NCBI GenBank assembly: GCA_964373665.1
Contig: CAYJVM010000001.1
Span: forward strand, 9,546 to 73,545
DNA length: 64,000 nucleotides
From: an uncultured archaeon
Lineage (GTDB): Archaea; Aenigmatarchaeota; Aenigmatarchaeia; CG10238-14; SCSR01
Direction: 5' to 3'
The notes beneath the pieces are model-generated. The model saw only the letters and a program-made list of their open reading frames with translations, made no database searches and was not told the DNA's origin. The stretch's first letter is position 1. Each line of letters opens with the position of its first letter. Of this stretch, positions 27,330 to 36,488 are shown one piece after another. The position numbers were made by a program, and so were the translations under genes.

Positions 27330-27920
27330 CTACAAATGATCCGTGCTGTTCAGCAAGTGAAATGAAATCACTCCATCGATAATCTCAACAATGTTCACGG
27401 AAGTGTTCTCCAAGTTCATTCCCACAGACTCCTCCAAAGTCTTTTTCAAAAGGATTCCCAGAAGCACCTGTATGAACCACCTGTGCGATGATATCAAAAT
27501 TGTCTCTTTCATGTAATCTGCCTTGAGCTTTTCAAGAAACATTGCAGCCCTTTGCATGAGCTCTCTGAAACTCTCCCCGCCTTCAGGCTTGAATTCACCG
27601 AACGGCAGGCCGCTTTCCACATCAGCCTTTTTTATCTCTGTTTTCGGTCTGCCTTCAAAAATACCTTGCGCCCTTTCTCTTATTTCCGGCGTATAATAGA
27701 CAGGAACAGATTCATGATATTTGACTATCTCAGCAGTCGTGTCCACCGCCCTTTTGGAATCGCTGGAAAATATGACATCTATTTTCTCGTCCTTCAGCCT
27801 TGCGCCAAGTCTTTTTGCCTGTTCCACTCCTCTCCCTGTTAGCATCCCAGGACGTTGTCCTTGAGTAATCCCGTTTACATTATCCACACTTTCACCATGC
27901 CTTACCATTACCAGTTTCAT
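27330..27920 (-). CDS. Histidine phosphatase superfamily protein (phosphoglycerate-mutase-like)
   Basis: VRHGESVDN (RHG catalytic motif), 196 aa. Confidence 0.65.
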   Translation of the reverse strand: MKLVMVRHGESVDNVNGITQGQRPGMLTGRGVEQAKRLGARLKDEKIDVIFSSDSKRAVDTTAEIVKYHESVPVYYTPEIRERAQGIFEGRPKTEIKKADVESGLPFGEFKPEGGESFRELMQRAAMFLEKLKADYMKETILISSHRWFIQVLLGILLKKTLEESVGMNLENTSVNIVEIIDGVISFHLLNSTDHL

Positions 27921-27944
27921 AAATGAACAAGTATCTTTAACAGA

Positions 27945-28277
27945 CTAACTGATTTCAATTTGCCCTTCAGAATAACCCAGCTTTACCAGTATAGGCTTTA
28001 TCCTGTCCTTGTGGTTCCCCTGCAGTTCAATATGCCCTTCCTTGAAAGTGCCGCCGCATGCAAGCTTGGACTTGAGCTGCTTGGAGACTTGCTTGGCATT
28101 TTCCGTTATGCCCGCGACGATGGTTATAGGCTTGTTGAACCTCCTCATTTCGGTGGTGACGCGGATTTTCTCTGCTTCGCGCTCTATGGCGACGCACACA
28201 CACAGTTCAAAAGGCAGTCCACATCTAGAGCAGTTGTTCAAAGTCGCTTGAGCGCCGCATTTAGGACAAACAGCCAT
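27945..28277 (-). CDS. Translation initiation factor SUI1 (aSUI1/eIF1) with N-terminal Zn ribbon
   Basis: CPKCG...CSRCG; ITIVAGI...LACGGTFKEGHIELQGNHKDRI. Confidence 0.75.
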   Translation of the reverse strand: MAVCPKCGAQATLNNCSRCGLPFELCVCVAIEREAEKIRVTTEMRRFNKPITIVAGITENAKQVSKQLKSKLACGGTFKEGHIELQGNHKDRIKPILVKLGYSEGQIEIS

Positions 28278-28477
28278 TACTTCTTTCCCTCGCCCAGTCT
28301 TTTAACAGTAAGAATCCTTGCTATGTCCCGCCTGAGAACTCGAATCTTGCCCGGATTTTTAGTCGGCCTCCCGCGCTTGACATTTCCAATTTCTTTCATC
28401 AGTTCCAATCTGAGCTCGGACAACCTGCCGTCCAAATCTTTCTTGCTCATCTTCCGAACTTCTTTTATTCTCAACAA
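28277..28477 (-). CDS. rpl29: Ribosomal protein L29 (uL29)
   Basis: KKDLDGRLSELRLELMK pattern, 66 aa. Confidence 0.75.
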   Translation of the reverse strand: MLRIKEVRKMSKKDLDGRLSELRLELMKEIGNVKRGRPTKNPGKIRVLRRDIARILTVKRLGEGKK

Positions 28478-28512
28478 ATCCCTTTTATTTGTTATTTGTT
28501 AAAATATAAATA

Positions 28513-29103
28513 TTAAACTTCGTGGATAACGACTTCCTTGGGCATACTCTTCATTATCCTCACCTTAATCCCGATTATCCCAGCCTTTATTATGGCCTGG
28601 GTGTAGCCCTTGTCAACCAACCTTTCAGCATACTCGCCGGAATGCGCGACGAAACCTTTTTTGAACTTTTGCTGACGAGAGCGCTCCACGCCACCAATCT
28701 TACCAGCGATTTCTAAATGCACGCCAACTGCCCCAGCTTCCATGACCCTTTCCAAATAATAATTAGCCACTTTCTTGTAATGAGTCCCCTTTTCTATCGA
28801 GCCAGCAATTCTCCTTGAAACTATATTGGCGTCAAGCAGAGGGTTCTCCACTTCCCTGACGTCAAGCAGAGGGTTCTCCAAGTTGAACTTGTTCTTTACA
28901 TCCTCTGTAATTTCATTTATTCTCCTGCCGCTCCGTCCTATGACCAGGCCCGGTTTGTTTACATGCACAATTATCCTGGTTCCCAGAGGCGTCCTCTGGA
29001 TTTCTGTATGGCTGTAGCCTGCCCGTTCGAACCTCTTTTTCAGAAACTCCTCGACTTCGGACTCTTTTATTCCTTCCTTCACGAATAATTTCTCAATCGC
29101 CAT
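28513..29103 (-). CDS. rps3: Ribosomal protein S3 (uS3); contains an in-frame 30-bp tandem duplication
   Basis: KH domain (GLVIGRSGRRI). The repeat NPLLDVREVENPLLDANIV is encoded by tandem copies of cgtcaagcagagggttctcca at 28831-28883. Confidence 0.8.
   Translation of the reverse strand: MAIEKLFVKEGIKESEVEEFLKKRFERAGYSHTEIQRTPLGTRIIVHVNKPGLVIGRSGRRINEITEDVKNKFNLENPLLDVREVENPLLDANIVSRRIAGSIEKGTHYKKVANYYLERVMEAGAVGVHLEIAGKIGGVERSRQQKFKKGFVAHSGEYAERLVDKGYTQAIIKAGIIGIKVRIMKSMPKEVVIHEV
28831..28883. repeat. 30-bp-period tandem duplication inside rps3
   Basis: gcgtcaagcagagggttctccacttccctgacgtcaagcagagggttctccaa; 23/23 identical cores 30 nt apart. Confidence 0.7.
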
Positions 29104-29422
29104 TCTTCACCTTTATCATTTCTCGTTTATTAGGATTTTTATCCGCAATCGAGTCTTCAAGCCACTCTAGAAAGCCCCTATAAATTTCAGACTTGCTGTA
29201 AACTTTAGGCCGGAACCTGATCGCAAGGACATCGCTAATGCTACGGTTTGTATAAACATGCAAAGGCACAGTGCCGGATCTGATCGGGGTTTTCCCGGCA
29301 AATCTGCCAACTGGCGCATTGACCGTGAGGACGGAGTATCCGTTTGAAGTCTCGGTTCTTGAATAGTCCCCTCCATTAAACGTTACAGCCTCCAGCAAGC
29401 TATTCAATATTGAAGCATCCAT
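29093..29422 (-). CDS. Uncharacterised protein embedded between rpl22 and rps3
   Basis: 109-aa ORF filling an otherwise ~400-nt gap inside the operon; overlaps the rps3 start by 11 nt. Confidence 0.4.
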   Translation of the reverse strand: MDASILNSLLEAVTFNGGDYSRTETSNGYSVLTVNAPVGRFAGKTPIRSGTVPLHVYTNRSISDVLAIRFRPKVYSKSEIYRGFLEWLEDSIADKNPNKREMIKVKNGD

Positions 29423-29499
29423 CCAAGAATCATAATGAAAGCTCTCGCCATAGCTTCTTCTGGGAGTTTTTGTGATAATGTATGTTCGCCTTGAAATAA

Positions 29500-29859
29500 T
29501 TACCTCTCCTCTAGGACAATCTCAATGTGCGCGCCTTTTGCCACTCTCCCTCTCATAAAAACTCTGCTTTTCGGCAACTGCCTTTTCGGAGACATGTTGG
29601 CAACGGCCTTTTTGATGAACAGTTTTTCTGTATTCATCGTCTTGTTTTTCGCATTCGCCTCTGCGGACTCGATTATGTCCAAAAGCTTTTTTGCAGATTT
29701 TGTATAATGCTTTCCGTCCAAACTTCTTTTTTCATCTATCAAATCATTCAGCAGTCTCTTGGCCTTGTCCGTCTTCTTGTTCTTTATTTCACCAAGAAGA
29801 ACCCTTGTGGATTTGAGCGATACGCGGGCGCCAGTTTCTTTACCAACTGCAACAGCCAT
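29500..29859 (-). CDS. rpl22: Ribosomal protein L22 (uL22)
   Basis: Operon position and basic composition, 119 aa. Confidence 0.75.
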   Translation of the reverse strand: MAVAVGKETGARVSLKSTRVLLGEIKNKKTDKAKRLLNDLIDEKRSLDGKHYTKSAKKLLDIIESAEANAKNKTMNTEKLFIKKAVANMSPKRQLPKSRVFMRGRVAKGAHIEIVLEER

Positions 29860-29867
29860 TGAATCAC

Positions 29868-30281
29868 TTAGGTTGTCCTCATGTTGGAGTGCTTGGTCGA
29901 CCTAGATGCCCCGATGCCTGGCGCAGAATGCTGCACTCTTTTGACAGGAATGGAAAAATCACCCAGCCTGAATCCAATCATCTCCGGCCTTATCTCCACC
30001 GTCACCCATTTGGTGGACTTGTCTCCCGCGGCCGCGCCGCCTTTGTAAACGCCGAATTTTTTCCCAACCATGTCCGGAAAAATTATCATGTCTCTCAGGT
30101 GGGTCTTGTGGAACTTTTCAGGCTTTTTCCTGACCTTTTCCAACAGTTTCTTGTGCTGGTCTCCTAAACCTCGTTTGAAAGTTCTCCGTTCCCTAGCAGT
30201 AAGCAACTTTACAAACTCATCAACGCCCATTTTCTTAATTTCATCCCAACTTTTTCCTCTCAATCTGAATTCGCGAGCCAT
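29868..30281 (-). CDS. rps19: Ribosomal protein S19 (uS19)
   Basis: ...THLRDMIIFPDMVGKKFGVYKG... Confidence 0.8.
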   Translation of the reverse strand: MAREFRLRGKSWDEIKKMGVDEFVKLLTARERRTFKRGLGDQHKKLLEKVRKKPEKFHKTHLRDMIIFPDMVGKKFGVYKGGAAAGDKSTKWVTVEIRPEMIGFRLGDFSIPVKRVQHSAPGIGASRSTKHSNMRTT

Positions 30282-30314
30282 ATTAACAATAACACCTGCA
30301 TTGTATTTAAAACG

Positions 30315-31013
30315 TTACTTTCTGTACCCTGTCCTTCTTGCCGATATACTACCTATCTTCCTTCCCGGAGGCGCATGCCTGGATATAGTCTTGAACTTGA
30401 CAGATTTTTTCCTGCCTCCATAAGGATGGTCTGTCGGAGTCATTGCAACGCCAGCAGTCCTGGGGAACAGTTTTCCGCGCGCCATCATAGCATGCCACTT
30501 TTGGCCCACTTTATAATAAGGTTTCTCCAATCTTCCTCCGCCTGCCGGCACTCCTATAGTTGCCCTGCATCTACCATCCATAATTTTCTCTTTTCCGGAA
30601 GTGAATTTAACGGTAATCTTGGTGCCGCTTATGCCAGACACTAGAGCATAAGTGCCTGAGCTCCTGCAAAGCTTGGGGCCCGATCCTGGCCAAGTTTCCA
30701 GTCCAAATACCCTAGTGCCCACAGGAACTTTTGAAAGCTCGACAACATTTCCTGCACTAGTCTCCGCGCCCCCATAATTTATCATGTCTCCTACCTGCAC
30801 GCCTTCAGGCGCTATCTGCAAAATCTTCTTGCCGTCCCCGGTCTTTAAAACCATTATCGGTGCAAGGTGAGTCGCATCGCTCACAAGGTCGACAATCTTT
30901 GCCGTATAATTGCCTGAAGGCAGATAACCAATTCTACCCAAGTATCTGTGCGACGGGATTCTATACCTAGGCCCGCCTTTCCCCCTTGCCTGTACGATAA
31001 GTCTTTTTCCCAT
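30315..31013 (-). CDS. rpl2: Ribosomal protein L2 (uL2)
   Basis: MGKRLIVQARGKGG...; GAMMARG..FPRT..V.MNPTDHPYGG-like C-terminus. Confidence 0.85.
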   Translation of the reverse strand: MGKRLIVQARGKGGPRYRIPSHRYLGRIGYLPSGNYTAKIVDLVSDATHLAPIMVLKTGDGKKILQIAPEGVQVGDMINYGGAETSAGNVVELSKVPVGTRVFGLETWPGSGPKLCRSSGTYALVSGISGTKITVKFTSGKEKIMDGRCRATIGVPAGGGRLEKPYYKVGQKWHAMMARGKLFPRTAGVAMTPTDHPYGGRKKSVKFKTISRHAPPGRKIGSISARRTGYRK

Positions 31014-31105
31014 AACATCACACCGCGCTTTTATACAGTGCAGGATTCCTTCCGAATCACATACAACACTCCTGGGAAATTTCTAACATAAGCCATGCGA
31101 ACACC

Positions 31106-31366
31106 TTATACTGTCAACCCCAATTTTGTGGCAATGTCTATAGCCTTGAACTCCGGCTTTAATTTCACAAGCGCCTTCTTTTCCCCGCCTTTTATTTGTG
31201 TGTTAACTTTGGCGACCTTGACCTCGAACGCCTTTTCAATCGCCTCTTTTATCTCCTTCTTATTCGAAGTCCTGCTTACAATAAAAACTAATTCATTCTT
31301 GCTCTCCATCACAGACACAGATTTTTCGGTCAAATACGGGTAACGTATGACTTTGTACGGATCCAT
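31106..31366 (-). CDS. rpl23: Ribosomal protein L23 (uL23)
   Basis: YPYLTEKS...[16 protein letters not shown]. Confidence 0.8.
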   Translation of the reverse strand: MDPYKVIRYPYLTEKSVSVMESKNELVFIVSRTSNKKEIKEAIEKAFEVKVAKVNTQIKGGEKKALVKLKPEFKAIDIATKLGLTV

Positions 31367-31370
31367 AACA

Positions 31371-32156
31371 TCACTTTAGCTTTTCTATCGCTCCTTTGGT
31401 AAATATGGTCAGCCTGCCTGCAGAAGCTCCAGGCGCCAGATGCTCTGCTGATAAATCTTCAACTCGGCAGACACTGCATCCCGCAATATTACCAACGGCT
31501 TTTGACAGGCCATTCTGAGCCACAACAAACAGTGGTCCAACCTTGGTTTTATATCTCCTGCCTCTCATCTTGCCTTTTCCTGCCCTTACTTTCCTTTCGC
31601 TTATCCTCTCAAGCTCTTTTTCCAATCCTATCTTCTTCAAAAATTCGACAACATCCTTCGACTTTTTCAGTTCCTGCAGCTTGTCTTCGACTATGATAGG
31701 AATTTGGACATCGACTATTCTGTGTCCTCTTTTGAGGACGAGTTCTTTCACAGCAGTTGCTGCAAGAGCGCTTGCTACAGCTTTTCTCCTCTCCTTCTTG
31801 TTTATCTTCTGCTCCCAAACCTTTTCCGTTAGCGGCGGATGCGCCCTTCTGCCCTTTACAGCATGCGGAACAAACCTCGCAGTCAGCGCCAGAAACGGAA
31901 CGGTCTTGCCGTGCAACCTTGGAGCACGGGCCATCTCCCTGTTCATCATCGAGTATCTCTGTCTTCTTGTTCCATGATAGTGCGCGGATGTCCTTTTACC
32001 AGCCATCTCGTTCGGCGAGTACGGCTGTCTCCTTTTGCTTTGCTGAGCAAGAACTGCCCTTCTGATCAGGTCCTCCCTTACAGGCTCTTCGAAAATCTTC
32101 GGCAGGTCTATCGTCCCAACTGGTTTGCCATTGATATCCAAAACATCTGCTTTCAT
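31371..32156 (-). CDS. rpl4: Ribosomal protein L4 (uL4)
   Basis: Operon position; 261 aa. Confidence 0.8.
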   Translation of the reverse strand: MKADVLDINGKPVGTIDLPKIFEEPVREDLIRRAVLAQQSKRRQPYSPNEMAGKRTSAHYHGTRRQRYSMMNREMARAPRLHGKTVPFLALTARFVPHAVKGRRAHPPLTEKVWEQKINKKERRKAVASALAATAVKELVLKRGHRIVDVQIPIIVEDKLQELKKSKDVVEFLKKIGLEKELERISERKVRAGKGKMRGRRYKTKVGPLFVVAQNGLSKAVGNIAGCSVCRVEDLSAEHLAPGASAGRLTIFTKGAIEKLK

Positions 32157-32160
32157 AACA

Positions 32161-32412
32161 TCACGCCTCGGGCATCACCAAATCTGACAATCCATACAAC
32201 ATTGTTACAAAATAGCGATAGTCACCTTTATTATCAAACATGGTATAAATATCTTGATATGGTCCACGAGGCGCCGTACTAGGCAACAGCATACCCACCC
32301 ATCTTTTATCTAGTTGACAGATTCTTGTCATTCCATCGTCTTCTAGAGTTAACACATATTTCTCTGGCGTTCGCATCAGGTGCACTGTACGATTAAATAC
32401 CATAAAAATCAC
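32161..32412 (-). CDS. Uncharacterised 83-aa protein embedded between rpl3 and rpl4
   Basis: ATGA start/stop overlap with rpl3 and a 4-nt gap to rpl4. Confidence 0.4.
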   Translation of the reverse strand: MIFMVFNRTVHLMRTPEKYVLTLEDDGMTRICQLDKRWVGMLLPSTAPRGPYQDIYTMFDNKGDYRYFVTMLYGLSDLVMPEA

Positions 32413-33392
32413 TTGACGATCTCCCTGACTTCCGGCAAGAAAAATTTCAACTTGCTCGGTCTTATGGCAGGCCTCAGCATTATCAGTCTTTTTTCCGTGC
32501 CCGGGACAGAGCCGTGAATAAGCATGTAATCGCCTTTAACAACGCCATAGTTGACAAAACCACTGCTTGGAGTCACGTCACCGTTACCGATCTTCAAGAC
32601 CCTCTTGTTTATTTCTGTCCGTCTTTGCATGCCCATCTGCCCAGCTTGCGCGACTGTATGCCTGACTTTACCCGGCCTCTCCTGACCAAGGCTGCCGACG
32701 TGTCTCAATTTCTTTTTGGCATGCCTGTTCTGGATCTTTACACCGAACCTCTTTACAGGTCCTTGAGTTCCCTTTCCGGTTGTAATTGAAATAACGTCAA
32801 CAAGTTCGCCTTCCTTTACAAAGTCCTTGGCGGCAATATTCTTGTTCAGCAGACCTTTTGCATACTCTAGATTTTCCTTGACATCCTTCCCGCCGACTTC
32901 GAGCTCGAAAACTTCTGGCGTCTTCTTCCCAAAACCTGATAGCCTAGGCTGCGTGACAGCAATTAATCTGATTTTGGAAACTTTGGCGATATTTTTTTCA
33001 ATACCAGCAAGTTTTTCCTCGGTTTTAAAATTACCAACCTTGATTTTCCTTGATATGTCTTTTGGCAGGTCTTTGACAATGGCTTCTGAAATTACTTTTA
33101 GGCCGTTAACAGAATCCTGATAGGCTCTTATGCCGGCAACCTTCAGCGGCGGGCAGTCCAAAACTGTGATTGGGACGGAAACTTCCTGGCCGTATGTCAA
33201 GGAACCTTTCCGGTTGTCGAAGACTATGGCATGCAGCATCCCTGCCTTGTACGCAGCAAAGCCCATGATTTTTGCTTTATCGGATGCTGGGTATGATGTT
33301 ATATCTGGATATATTCTCTTCGCCCTTTTCCTAGGCCAAAATCCCTTAGAACCCTTTCTGGATTTCTTCACTTCTGGCATCCGATCACTCAA
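32409..33392 (-). CDS. rpl3: Ribosomal protein L3 (uL3)
   Basis: First gene of the cluster; ...FAAYKAGMLH..., 327 aa. Confidence 0.85.
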   Translation of the reverse strand: MSDRMPEVKKSRKGSKGFWPRKRAKRIYPDITSYPASDKAKIMGFAAYKAGMLHAIVFDNRKGSLTYGQEVSVPITVLDCPPLKVAGIRAYQDSVNGLKVISEAIVKDLPKDISRKIKVGNFKTEEKLAGIEKNIAKVSKIRLIAVTQPRLSGFGKKTPEVFELEVGGKDVKENLEYAKGLLNKNIAAKDFVKEGELVDVISITTGKGTQGPVKRFGVKIQNRHAKKKLRHVGSLGQERPGKVRHTVAQAGQMGMQRRTEINKRVLKIGNGDVTPSSGFVNYGVVKGDYMLIHGSVPGTEKRLIMLRPAIRPSKLKFFLPEVREIVK

Positions 33393-33494
33393 ACTTTATT
33401 GTTAAGATATGTTTAAAATACTTCGGTTGGCTTGCAATGCCGAACTTAATCGCGTAGCTCAAGCATATTAGACAGGATTAACATATAATTAAAT

Positions 33495-33911
33495 ATGTCT
33501 CAGTTGATAGAGGTCGGCGACAAGGATCTGGAGAAAGTAGACAATCTTGTAAAGCGGGGGGTGTTCCTTAGCAGGGAACACGTAGTAAAAGCCGGTTTGG
33601 AATCATTGTTGGAGCTACCAGAAGAAGAAATTGAGAAAATGAAATTGGCGCAGGTTAAAGTCAGCGGCTATTGCGACTCGCATCTCGGAAACATGCTGGG
33701 AGGCGGCGTTCCTGCACGGGTTCTCGTCAACGGCAAAGAATATTTCAAAGTACCTGTGAAGGGAGAATATAAGAGCGATATTTACACTTATGGTCATTTG
33801 TTCGTTGATGCCGATACATTCGCCATAGATGAGCGTTTGTCTGATTCTCCGAAGAAAATACACAGCACAGCATTAGAGTTAACCGGTGAAAATGAGAGTC
33901 CCTTGCTATAA
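33495..33911 (+). CDS. Ribbon-helix-helix (CopG/Arc-like) N-terminal domain protein with an unknown ~90-aa C-terminal domain
   Basis: QLIEVGDKDLEKVDNLVKRGVFLSREHVVKAGLESLL has the beta-strand and two-helix RHH pattern; compare the ..SRSE.iReAir..l consensus. Confidence 0.45.
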   Translation: MSQLIEVGDKDLEKVDNLVKRGVFLSREHVVKAGLESLLELPEEEIEKMKLAQVKVSGYCDSHLGNMLGGGVPARVLVNGKEYFKVPVKGEYKSDIYTYGHLFVDADTFAIDERLSDSPKKIHSTALELTGENESPLL

Positions 33912-34329
33912 ACAGGAACTTTGGTTTAGCTGTTTCGCCACCTGCGTTAGAATGATTTTAGAGCATTATGGTGTTGCCAAGTCTGAACGGGATTTGAGGA
34001 TCTTGCTGAAAACAACGCCCAGCTTCGGAACTATTTGGGATGAGGCACAGCGTGAGATAAAGCGGATTGGATTCGAGCTTGTTTGGAGGAAGCAATGGGG
34101 TATTGGTGAAATAAAGGAATTAGTTGACAGTTCTACGCCTGTGATAGTTGGACTGAAACGCGAAGGCGAGGTGCACGGACATGCTGTTGTTGCGGTTGAG
34201 CTTTCGGAAAATGTCTCAGTTGCTGATCCGCAAGTAGGAGGGATCGTCGTGTTGGAAGAAGATGAATTTATGAGATTGTGGAGTGGGAGGGAGAGGATAG
34301 CTGGTTTTCTAAGGAAGATTAAAGAATAG
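33886..34329 (+). CDS. Stand-alone C39-like papain-fold cysteine peptidase domain protein
   Basis: YKQELWFSCFATCVRMILEHYG carries the Gln and Cys of the C39 Q...C..aclamil.yyG motif. It is followed by STPVIVGL...VHGHAVVAVE (His) and VADPQVGG (Asp) ...EFMRLWSG. 26-nt overlap with the upstream gene. Confidence 0.55.
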   Translation: MKMRVPCYKQELWFSCFATCVRMILEHYGVAKSERDLRILLKTTPSFGTIWDEAQREIKRIGFELVWRKQWGIGEIKELVDSSTPVIVGLKREGEVHGHAVVAVELSENVSVADPQVGGIVVLEEDEFMRLWSGRERIAGFLRKIKE

Positions 34330-34396
34330 GAAAGTAACTACTAATATGTAGTTAAGAGTAGAAAAGCTTAAATATCAGCGTTTGCAATAAACGGGT

Positions 34397-34795
34397 ATGC
34401 CAAAGCTAACAAATATAGGATATGGAATATCCTTGGCACTTGCACTCGCCTTGTCAGGAGCACCTAGAAATGTCTATTGTCAATCAAACCGATCCACGGA
34501 AGGCACAGTGGTTGCGGTGGAAAGAGGAGGTTACGTAGGAATTCCTGCAAAGGAAAATAGGGTTGATACTTACGAAATAGGTAATCGTGTAACAAAGGAA
34601 GGTTGGCTAGGTAAAGGCTGGATAGAATACTTGCTCAAGGGACCTGATACAAATGAAAATCGAGGAACAGGTAACCATTACAGATTTTACAAAAGCGAAA
34701 TTGACTCTGAAGGATTGGAAACGATGGATCCGGATAGATTTGAAGTGGGGGACAGAGTAGTTTACAATGAAAGTTGCGGCTGGAAATTAAAATGA
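34397..34795 (+). CDS. Small secreted protein (signal peptide, two Cys)
   Basis: GYGISLALALALSGA hydrophobic N-terminus; 132 aa. Confidence 0.45.
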   Translation: MPKLTNIGYGISLALALALSGAPRNVYCQSNRSTEGTVVAVERGGYVGIPAKENRVDTYEIGNRVTKEGWLGKGWIEYLLKGPDTNENRGTGNHYRFYKSEIDSEGLETMDPDRFEVGDRVVYNESCGWKLK

Positions 34796-34801
34796 GAAAT
34801 T

Positions 34802-35245
34802 ATGCTTAAGAATGCATACAGAGCTATTGTGCAAGCCGTCGGAGGTGCTTCAAGATCAGAATCTTCGCCAAGGCTAGTGTCTGTTGGAAGCAAAAATTTA
34901 GGCGATTACGCTATCCCAGAAGATAGGGATATGTATATGGGCAGAGACTCCGAGAATGATATTGTTTTACCTTATGGCACACATTCACGAAGGCACGCAA
35001 GAATTATCTCGTTTGGATATGGACACGGTGTCCAAGATTTGGGTAGTATGTTCGGAACATATTTGAACGGACAAGATATAGGCGAATTAGGCGGATTTAA
35101 TAAACGTACCTTACCTGAAGACAAGTCACAATTTACCAACGACGATTGGAAAGAGTTTCACCGGGGGTACACTGGCCTTAAAAACGGAGATGTAATATCT
35201 TTTGGGAGTCCGAACAGTGCATACAAGCTGAGATATCGAGAATGA
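34802..35245 (+). CDS. FHA (forkhead-associated) domain protein
   Basis: MGRDSENDIVLPYGTHSRRHARI...GHGVQDLGSMFGTYLNGQDI...LKNGDVISFG matches the FHA GR..SR.H...DL.S.NGT..NG...GD.i.fG pattern. Confidence 0.6.
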   Translation: MLKNAYRAIVQAVGGASRSESSPRLVSVGSKNLGDYAIPEDRDMYMGRDSENDIVLPYGTHSRRHARIISFGYGHGVQDLGSMFGTYLNGQDIGELGGFNKRTLPEDKSQFTNDDWKEFHRGYTGLKNGDVISFGSPNSAYKLRYRE

Positions 35246-35277
35246 GTCAATTGCTTGTTCGCAGAAATCCAACCAAC

Positions 35278-35679
35278 TTACAATAACCTTAATCCATCGA
35301 TTTTCTCAAAGTCTTTTTTATTGTTGGTGAAAAGCTTGAATGAGTTGGTCAGGCATATAGATCCGATAAACAAGTCCCTCAAAGCAATCATTTTGCTTTT
35401 CTTCTCCAAATCTGCAATAATTTTTGCGGCCATTTCCATCGAGTCTTCACTTGTGCTGACGAGAAAAACCGTGTTCAGCAACCCCTTTACAGCAGCCAGT
35501 TCTTTTTCTTGGTGTCGACTTTTGTACACACCTAAATAAAGCTCAAATGCATTTATGTCAGTTGTTCCTAGCTCATTTTCTTCTTTGAGCTCTCTTATTT
35601 TTTCCACAACTTTTGGATCATTCTTCAAAAAGTCTATCATCACATCCGAGTCTAAGATTATCTTTTCCATGATTTCCAC
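35278..35679 (-). CDS. vapC: VapC PIN-domain toxin
   Basis: ILDSDVMIDFL...TNNKKDFEKI PIN acidic residues; 133 aa. Confidence 0.65.
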   Translation of the reverse strand: MEIMEKIILDSDVMIDFLKNDPKVVEKIRELKEENELGTTDINAFELYLGVYKSRHQEKELAAVKGLLNTVFLVSTSEDSMEMAAKIIADLEKKSKMIALRDLFIGSICLTNSFKLFTNNKKDFEKIDGLRLL

Positions 35680-35951
35680 AAGTCCGAAATTCCCTTTTTC
35701 ATTTTTTCAGCTTCTTTATCGGTCATAGTCCATGTGCCAGCAAAAGACATGATATCCCCTCTTTTCTCAGTTTTCAAAAGTTCAGAAATGGCATCGTTCA
35801 TTGAAACAGGCCTCCTTTCTTTAACCCTGAGCATGCCCACGTACCTATTCAATCTGTTGTACAGTTCTTCCTTGACTTTAATTGATTTTTCCACTTTTTC
35901 CACCAAGTAGTATTGGTATACTTGATATTTATACTTTACCACACTAATCAT
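35658..35951 (-). CDS. vapB: Cognate antitoxin (RHH-like N-terminus, C-terminal toxin-binding tail)
   Basis: SIKVKEELYNRLNRYVG strand-helix; C-terminal MSFAGTWTMTDKEAEKM; 22-nt overlap with the PIN gene. Start codon uncertain. Confidence 0.5.
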   Translation of the reverse strand: MISVVKYKYQVYQYYLVEKVEKSIKVKEELYNRLNRYVGMLRVKERRPVSMNDAISELLKTEKRGDIMSFAGTWTMTDKEAEKMKKGISDLWKSWKR

Positions 35952-35955
35952 TTTT

Positions 35956-36462
35956 ATGGATCAGAAATGCATCTTCTGCGCTATAGTCGCAAAACAGATT
36001 CCTTCTTTAGGCGTTTACGAGGACGACAATTTTATAGCATTCCTCGACATACGACCTTTAACAAAAGGCCATACACTAGTCATCCCTAAGAAGCACCACC
36101 GCTGGGTGCAGGAAGTCGAAGATTTTGGACGATACTGGGAAGTAGCAAAGAAAATAAGTTCTTCTGCTATAGCATCATTATCACCGAAATTCATAGAGTT
36201 CATCACAGCTGGCCTTGAAGTGCCGCATGCACACATACATATAGTTCCCCGTTATGAAAACGATGGTCATCCAGAATTGCCTGACCTAGCCAACAGGCAG
36301 CAGATTGCAGAACAGGAGATGAAAGAAATCGCCGAAAATCTGAAGAAGAACCTGCCGCCTGAGAAAAGAATACAAGAAGAACCAGAGCCCTACGTAGAGA
36401 ATGTCCAAAAATGGAGCGAAGAAGAAATCGCGCTAATCAAAAGGGAGCTGCAAAAGACTTGA
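35956..36462 (+). CDS. HIT-family (histidine triad) hydrolase
   Basis: CIFC...; histidine triad HAHIHIVPR. Confidence 0.75.
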   Translation: MDQKCIFCAIVAKQIPSLGVYEDDNFIAFLDIRPLTKGHTLVIPKKHHRWVQEVEDFGRYWEVAKKISSSAIASLSPKFIEFITAGLEVPHAHIHIVPRYENDGHPELPDLANRQQIAEQEMKEIAENLKKNLPPEKRIQEEPEPYVENVQKWSEEEIALIKRELQKT

Positions 36463-36488
36463 TATCCTTTGCATCCGATATTAAACCC

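Noticed and set aside
28831-28883. Short tandem repeat considered as a CRISPR-like array
   Set aside because: There are only two copies, it lies in-frame inside rps3, and there is no spacer structure or cas genes. No CRISPR array was seen anywhere in the window.
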